Below the pieces are notes generated by a model. It worked only from the letters and a program-made list of their open reading frames with translations, was not told the DNA's origin and did no database searches. Both the position numbers and the translations under genes were made by a program. Below are positions 8,124 to 12,112 of a DNA stretch of 12,112 nucleotides, in pieces. Source of the DNA: Thermovirgaceae bacterium (lineage in GTDB: Bacteria; Synergistota; Synergistia; Synergistales; Thermovirgaceae); assembly GCA_046542505.1 (NCBI GenBank), contig JBKHBH010000065.1, positions 1-12,112 on the forward strand, in the 5' to 3' direction. Each line of letters opens with the position of its first letter. Positions within the stretch are counted from its first letter, which is position 1.

Positions 8124-8140
8124 TTGTGCTTTTTACACAA
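8124..8140. promoter_or_regulatory. Palindromic operator TTGTG-N7-CACAA, candidate binding site of the CdaR/PucR-type regulator
   Basis: TTGTGctttttaCACAA, flanked by TGTTT and AAACA. It has the same 17-bp geometry as the TTGTGG-N5-CCACAA site I recall for the Bacillus subtilis PucR-family activator PutR/PrcR. Confidence 0.6.
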
Positions 8141-8317
8141 CAAACACGTTAGAATAAAGAGGTTCCCAATCCGTCGAAATGGCGGCCCGCCACGAGACAG
8201 AGAAGAGGGAAATGGGCTTTACGTTGTGTTTACGGGATGTGACGAGAACCATATCTTTCGAGACTTTCCATGATTGAGGCGTGATCTGCAATAAAAGGAT
8301 CGCGCGTTTTTGCACCA

Positions 8318-8347
8318 TTGACACTAATGTTTCATATTTCACAAAAT
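8318..8347 (+). promoter_or_regulatory. Putative sigma70 promoter of the regulator gene
   Basis: Perfect TTGACA (8318-8323), 18-nt spacer, CAAAAT (8342-8347), upstream of AGGAGG at 8385-8390. Confidence 0.4.
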
Positions 8348-8403
8348 ACGGGAAGGTGCTTCCATGAGAGGCTGAGCCCGTCTCAGGAGGGAGATTGATT
8401 GTC

Positions 8404-9663
8404 ATGCTGATGAACCTGGCACACGAAATCGCCCGGACAACAAGCGAAATTGTGGGTTATCCGATTCTCATCACCGACGAGAACGGTGTTGTCATAGGTT
8501 CCGCCAATACCTCCCGGCTTGGAACGCTTCATGAGGCTTCCATCGAAGTGATCGAAACCCGAATGACAAAAAGCCACGACGAAAAGGCTGCGGAAAGGCT
8601 CAAAGGCGTGAAGCCGGGTGTGACTATGCCGATCGAGCTCGCTGACAGGGTAGTCGGAACAATAGGGATAGCTGGTGATCCCCGCGAAGTTTCCAAATGG
8701 GGGCTTCTCGTCAAGAGGCAAGCGGAACTTTTGCTGCGCGAGAAAGCCTATCAGCAGTCACTGTTCATACGCGAAAGGACGTTGCAGGGCCTTTTTGAAG
8801 AGATGGTATCCTTCAATCCCCACATGGACAACCGCGCCCTTCTCGAGGCCCGGGCGAAGGAACACGGCATAGATACAAAGGTCCCCAGGATCGCCGTCAG
8901 CATCGATCTCGCCCATTTCCAGAACATTGCAAAAACCGTCAAGGAAAGCTCCCCTTCCTCGGCTGAGCGATCTGAACTACAGATCCAGTCACTGAAAATG
9001 GCCATCCTCGAATCGATAAGAAAAACGTTTTCGGACCCTGCAGACATGTCTCTTTTTGCCGGCGAAGACAAGTTTGTTGTCCTTCATGGCCTCGGGAAAA
9101 ACGAAACCGATGAAAACGCCCAGGCCCAAACCCATACAAGATGCGCGGCTCTGCTTCGGTTGCTGGAACAACGGGGATTCAGCGCATCAATAGGGATCGG
9201 TTCCGTCGCAAGGGATATTCAGGACCTGGGGCAGTCTTACAGGGACTGCAGAAGTGCCCTCAGGATAGGGAAAGCCCTGGAGGAAAATCCCGATATTTTC
9301 TCTATTCACAAGCTCCAGCTGGAAGACCTGCTCCTGTCGTCGGACCCGAAGACCAGAAAACGTTTTTCAAGCCGTGCACTAAAGAGGTTCGATGGATTTC
9401 ATGATCACGACGAGATGCTGCGGACCCTGCAGGCATTATGCGAATCAGGCTTCAGTCCAAGTCTGGCCGCGGGTCTTTTGGATATTCACAAAAACACCTT
9501 GCTTTACAGGATCGAAAAGATCCGCAGAAAAACGGGTGTAGACCCCAAGGACTTCAGAAGCGTTCTTCCCCTTTACATTGCCTGCGTCCTGAAAACCCTC
9601 GGGAAAGCAGAACATGCTGAATACGGCTGGTTCGGGGAAACCACGGAGTCCCGGACGCCTTGA
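8404..9663 (+). CDS. cdaR: CdaR/PucR-family transcriptional regulator (sugar-diacid recognition domain, GGDEF-like domain, PucR-type HTH), about 419 aa
   Basis: N-terminal LAHEIARTTSEIVGYPILITDENGVVIGS...RLGTLHEAS...GVKPGVTMPI...VGTIGIAGDP is the Diacid_rec signature. Central SIGIG...SYRDCRSAL, and C-terminal HTH TLQAL...AAGLLDIHKNTLLYRIEKIRRKTGVD. Start is ATG 8404 or TTG 8395. The symbol denotes the family, not proven orthology. Confidence 0.93.
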   Translation: MLMNLAHEIARTTSEIVGYPILITDENGVVIGSANTSRLGTLHEASIEVIETRMTKSHDEKAAERLKGVKPGVTMPIELADRVVGTIGIAGDPREVSKWGLLVKRQAELLLREKAYQQSLFIRERTLQGLFEEMVSFNPHMDNRALLEARAKEHGIDTKVPRIAVSIDLAHFQNIAKTVKESSPSSAERSELQIQSLKMAILESIRKTFSDPADMSLFAGEDKFVVLHGLGKNETDENAQAQTHTRCAALLRLLEQRGFSASIGIGSVARDIQDLGQSYRDCRSALRIGKALEENPDIFSIHKLQLEDLLLSSDPKTRKRFSSRALKRFDGFHDHDEMLRTLQALCESGFSPSLAAGLLDIHKNTLLYRIEKIRRKTGVDPKDFRSVLPLYIACVLKTLGKAEHAEYGWFGETTESRTP

Positions 9664-9859
9664 CCATTGAAACTTCTTCCGGAAAAGTTCCGTGCTCAGG
9701 GCCGTCCGGTCAAGGCAGCCACGCACCGGTCCCCGGTAACACTTGTTTGTCTTTTCAGTCTTGCCCGCATTCTTACAGGATCCCCGCGCCGGGGCAAAGA
9801 CCTTTCCTTTCAGCATTCAGATTGGCAAAATGCTGAAATTCCCCCGCAAGCCCATCTGG

Positions 9860-9890
9860 TTGACACCAGCGAATTAAGGTATCTTATAAC
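9860..9890 (+). promoter_or_regulatory. Possible promoter of the DUF6448-like gene (non-optimal spacer)
   Basis: TTGACA (9860-9865) and TATAAC (9885-9890) are 19 nt apart in an AT-rich patch just upstream of the SD. Confidence 0.3.
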
Positions 9891-9919
9891 CAAAATATGT
9901 ATTATTGGGGGTGTCTTTC

Positions 9920-10504
9920 TTGTCCCAGTGGCTGGTTATAATGCTTGCATCTCTTATCGTGTTCTTCCTGCTTTCCGCACGCAGGTCGGAAGCACACTGC
10001 GACACCCTTGAGGGACCTGTTATCGCAGACGCCGCCAAGGCCTTCGAAACCGGGACACCTGATCTAGTGCTCAAATGGGTACGGCAGGAAAATGAAGACG
10101 AAATACGGGAAGCCTTCGAGAAAGCCTTGAAGGTGTCCAATCTCGGCGAAGAGCCCCGGGAAATTGCAAGGGTGTGGTTTTTTGAAACCCTTGTCCGGGT
10201 TCACCGTAACGGGGAAGGCTCGCCTTACGAAGGTCTGTGTCCTTCCGGTTCGGTTCCAGCGGTGGTCAGATTGGCCGACGAAGCGCTTGAAAAGGGTGAT
10301 GTCGGTGAGCTCGCCGAAAGCATTTCCGCCCATGTAAAGGATTCAGTCTTCGAACGTTTCAAAGGTGCCCGTTCACTGAAAGCCGAAGCCTGTCGGTCGA
10401 CTGAAGCCGGGAGAAAATACGTCAAGGCCTATGTAGAGTACGTTCATTACGTCGAAGGCTTACACGGCATGACCATGGGCGAAGGTCACGGCGAGGCGCA
10501 TTAA
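9920..10504 (+). CDS. DUF6448-like secreted protein of unknown function, about 194 aa
   Basis: Motifs AHCDTLEGPVI, VLKWV, WFFETLVRVHRNGEGSPYEGL and GRKYVKAYVEYVHYVE, recognised from memory as DUF6448. A hydrophobic signal peptide ends in SEA. TTG at 9920 has GGGGGTG 6 nt upstream; the track's TTG at 9905 has no SD. Confidence 0.85.
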   Translation: MSQWLVIMLASLIVFFLLSARRSEAHCDTLEGPVIADAAKAFETGTPDLVLKWVRQENEDEIREAFEKALKVSNLGEEPREIARVWFFETLVRVHRNGEGSPYEGLCPSGSVPAVVRLADEALEKGDVGELAESISAHVKDSVFERFKGARSLKAEACRSTEAGRKYVKAYVEYVHYVEGLHGMTMGEGHGEAH

Positions 10505-10513
10505 CGGCTCCAA

Positions 10514-10530
10514 CGATGAGTCGTTCATCG
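10514..10530. terminator. Small hairpin between convergent genes, possible weak bidirectional terminator
   Basis: CGATGA-gtcgt-TCATCG sits in the 28-nt gap between two convergent stop codons. There is no U-tract. Confidence 0.25.
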
Positions 10531-10532
10531 AC

Positions 10533-11393
10533 TCACCCGCTTGCGTGAGAGTCCCTGCCTGGGATTCCCGCCTCGCAGGGAACATCGGTCTGGCACAGAC
10601 CGCAGCCGTATCCGGGCAGGCCGAATTCCCGCATGGAATATTCCTCGATGATGCCGCGACAATACGCGTTGCATAGTGATTTGTCATGTCCCTTAACGGA
10701 TATGGCTCCGGCCGGGCAACGGTTTATACAGGCGGTGCATGACCCGTCACGGAAATACAGGCAGTACTCATGGTGATCCCTGTAGGGCCGCCTGTCAGGC
10801 TCAAGGGAAATCTCAGCGAGGACAGATCCGATCCGGACGGCCTTCCCGAGGGGTGTGATCAGCCCGTCGCACAGGCCGAAGGCTCCCAGTCCTGCAGCGT
10901 AGGCCGCATGTCGCTCTGACCATGTCGATGTTTCCCATCCGAACCGCTTCCACTGGCTCGAGAGCATTGGAGCAAAAGCTCGGATCCCGCAGCTGTCCAG
11001 CCATCCTGCAAAGTCACGCCTGAGGCTTTCATTCATCTGTTCCCCGAAAATCCTCGAACGGATCCAGCTTTCCGCCGGATATTCCCTTGCCTGGCCGTTT
11101 TCGCTTCGGGTTCTCCGGGTCTGTGGAAGAACCCACACGATGACTGACAAGTCGACCGCAGTCCCGTTCCAGGCGGGGAAATGTTCCCGGAAAGCCTCCG
11201 CGGGAGTCCAATGATGAGGACCAACGTGTTTCTTGTAATCATCAAAAATTTCATCGTCGCCTGAGGCGATCCCGATGATCGGCGCGTCCCAGGCAGGCAG
11301 CCCTTCCTCGACGTGAAGGCTGTTTTGCGGCGACTTCAGAACATATTCGACAATCCACCCGGTCATTTGCTCATTGTCAGGTCTTCTTTTCAT
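10533..11393 (-). CDS. Epoxyqueuosine reductase (QueG)-like 4Fe-4S double-cluster protein, 286 aa
   Basis: WSERHAAYAAGLGAFGLCDGLIT...VRIGSV resembles the cobalamin-domain segment of the QueG/reductive dehalogenase superfamily. Cys motifs CLYFRDGSCTACINRCPAGAI, CNAYC and GCGLCQTDVPC. Its ATG overlaps the upstream TGA (TGATG). Confidence 0.85.
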   Translation of the reverse strand: MKRRPDNEQMTGWIVEYVLKSPQNSLHVEEGLPAWDAPIIGIASGDDEIFDDYKKHVGPHHWTPAEAFREHFPAWNGTAVDLSVIVWVLPQTRRTRSENGQAREYPAESWIRSRIFGEQMNESLRRDFAGWLDSCGIRAFAPMLSSQWKRFGWETSTWSERHAAYAAGLGAFGLCDGLITPLGKAVRIGSVLAEISLEPDRRPYRDHHEYCLYFRDGSCTACINRCPAGAISVKGHDKSLCNAYCRGIIEEYSMREFGLPGYGCGLCQTDVPCEAGIPGRDSHASG

Positions 11394-12060
11394 CAGAATC
11401 CTTCCCGTTCTTCAAGATCAGCCTGCGGAGCGTCCCTGTGGAGAATTCCCCGCGACCGGACAGTGCATTCTATGTGTTCGAGATTTTCAGCAAGCATGTC
11501 GAGGGCGTTTTTGACATCAGGGGCATCCTCTTCTTCTGCTGCATCAATAATGAAGAGGGACCTGCGGGTCGAAGACGTAACTGCGCATTCCCTGTTGTCC
11601 CTGTGGTTCCACAGCCAGCAGCAGATCTTTCGAGCATCAGCGTACACGATGTGACTTTCCTCAACCTGGACAACTTTTTCCCCGGCGCCGAGGGGAAGGA
11701 AAACGTCTTCTTTTCTCCCGTACCGGAGTTCCAGGTCGCCATCGAGATTCTCCACATCATGGGCACCCATGGGCATCATGGACATGACGGAGATGCAATT
11801 GTAGCAATCCACCACGCTCGAAACATTCCACATGTCCTGCCCCTTGAGAATCCGCCGCAAAAGGGCCTCCAGCGAGCACCTGTAGCTGCTTGGCTTGACA
11901 CCCATGGCACTGTAGATTTTCCTCCACGATTCGATCCTGGGGTGTTTTGACAGGGTTGCGGCCTCAAGTCCGAGTTCAGCGACAACCTTCGGCAGCTTCG
12001 CTTTCAGGTTCTTTACGTGAGGGCTTTCATCCTTGACGACGACATCCGCGTCAAGCCACC
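11393..12060 (-). pseudogene. B3/4 domain protein (PheRS beta editing-domain-like), apparently 5'-truncated
   Basis: Family motifs HPRIESWRKIYSAMGVKPSSYRCSLEALLRR, VVDCYNCIS, PMGAHD, IVYAD and CWLWNHRD. The frame stays open and protein-like upstream of ATG 11905 (WLDADVVVKDESPHVKNLKAKLPK...) but has no ATG/GTG/TTG before an in-frame TAG at 12080-12082, so the native start is missing. Confidence 0.75.
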
Positions 12061-12112
12061 GAGTTGCCTCACCTAAAACCTAGACGAAACGGATTCGTTG
12101 CCTCACGGAAAA
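12060..12112. mobile_element. Probable terminus of an insertion sequence (family uncertain), continuing beyond the window
   Basis: The B3/4 coding sequence breaks abruptly here. (C)GAGTTGCCTCACCTAAAACCTAGAC resembles IS3-family terminal repeats in layout, and it contains an internal 14/16 direct repeat. No transposase is visible in the window. Confidence 0.55.
12063..12112 (+). repeat. Direct repeat GTTGCCTCAC-NN-AAAA, two copies, 34-nt period
   Basis: 12063-12078 GTTGCCTCACctAAAA and 12097-12112 GTTGCCTCACggAAAA. Confidence 0.85.

Noticed and set aside
8133..8405. 90-aa minus-strand ORF in the divergent intergenic region
   Set aside because: No motif or SD, and it overlaps the regulator's promoter, RBS and start and the predicted operator.
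9671..9689. Imperfect palindrome AACTTCTTCCGGAAAAGTT after the regulator stop as a terminator
   Set aside because: Weak AT-rich stem with a mismatch and no U-tract.
9667..10140. ORFs 9667-10011 (+) and 9874-10140 (-)
   Set aside because: They overlap the better supported DUF6448-like gene and have no recognisable features.
10533..11393. Calling the Fe-S protein a reductive dehalogenase or bona fide queG
   Set aside because: There is no Tat signal or rdhB-like anchor gene, and the length and Cys spacing differ from canonical QueG. Only superfamily membership is supportable.
12063..12112. CRISPR-like appearance (GTT...GAAAC, then GTTGCCTCAC again) or a group II intron end
   Set aside because: Only 6 nt separate the units, the second copy diverges after 10 nt, and no cas genes are present. 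Neither strand shows a GTGCG 5' end or a domain V/VI pattern.

Overview
A gene-dense window from an anaerobic bacterium, tentatively Synergistota or Firmicutes-like (inferred from the strong AGGAGG ribosome-binding sites and the gene content). Most of it is one minus-strand catabolic cluster of at least seven genes: iron-containing alcohol dehydrogenase, opine (octopine/nopaline) dehydrogenase-family enzyme, tungsten-type aldehyde:ferredoxin oxidoreductase, TRAP transporter dctP-dctQ-dctM, and a CyuA/YhaM-type cysteine desulfidase-family gene that runs off the left edge and is absent from the ORF track. A CdaR/PucR-family regulator is transcribed divergently, and the intergenic DNA carries a TTGTG-N7-CACAA palindrome, a promoter-proximal half-site and a weak -35/good -10 promoter. 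Further right are a secreted DUF6448-like protein with a predicted His-Cys-Asp mature N-terminus, a QueG-like iron-sulfur protein, and a B3/4 (PheRS editing-like) domain gene whose 5' end appears replaced by an IS-like terminal sequence at the right edge. The best candidate for an undescribed system is the catabolic cluster: a possible anaerobic pathway for an opine-like or N-substituted amino acid, possibly cysteine-containing. Family calls come from motifs recognised by eye; no searches were run.
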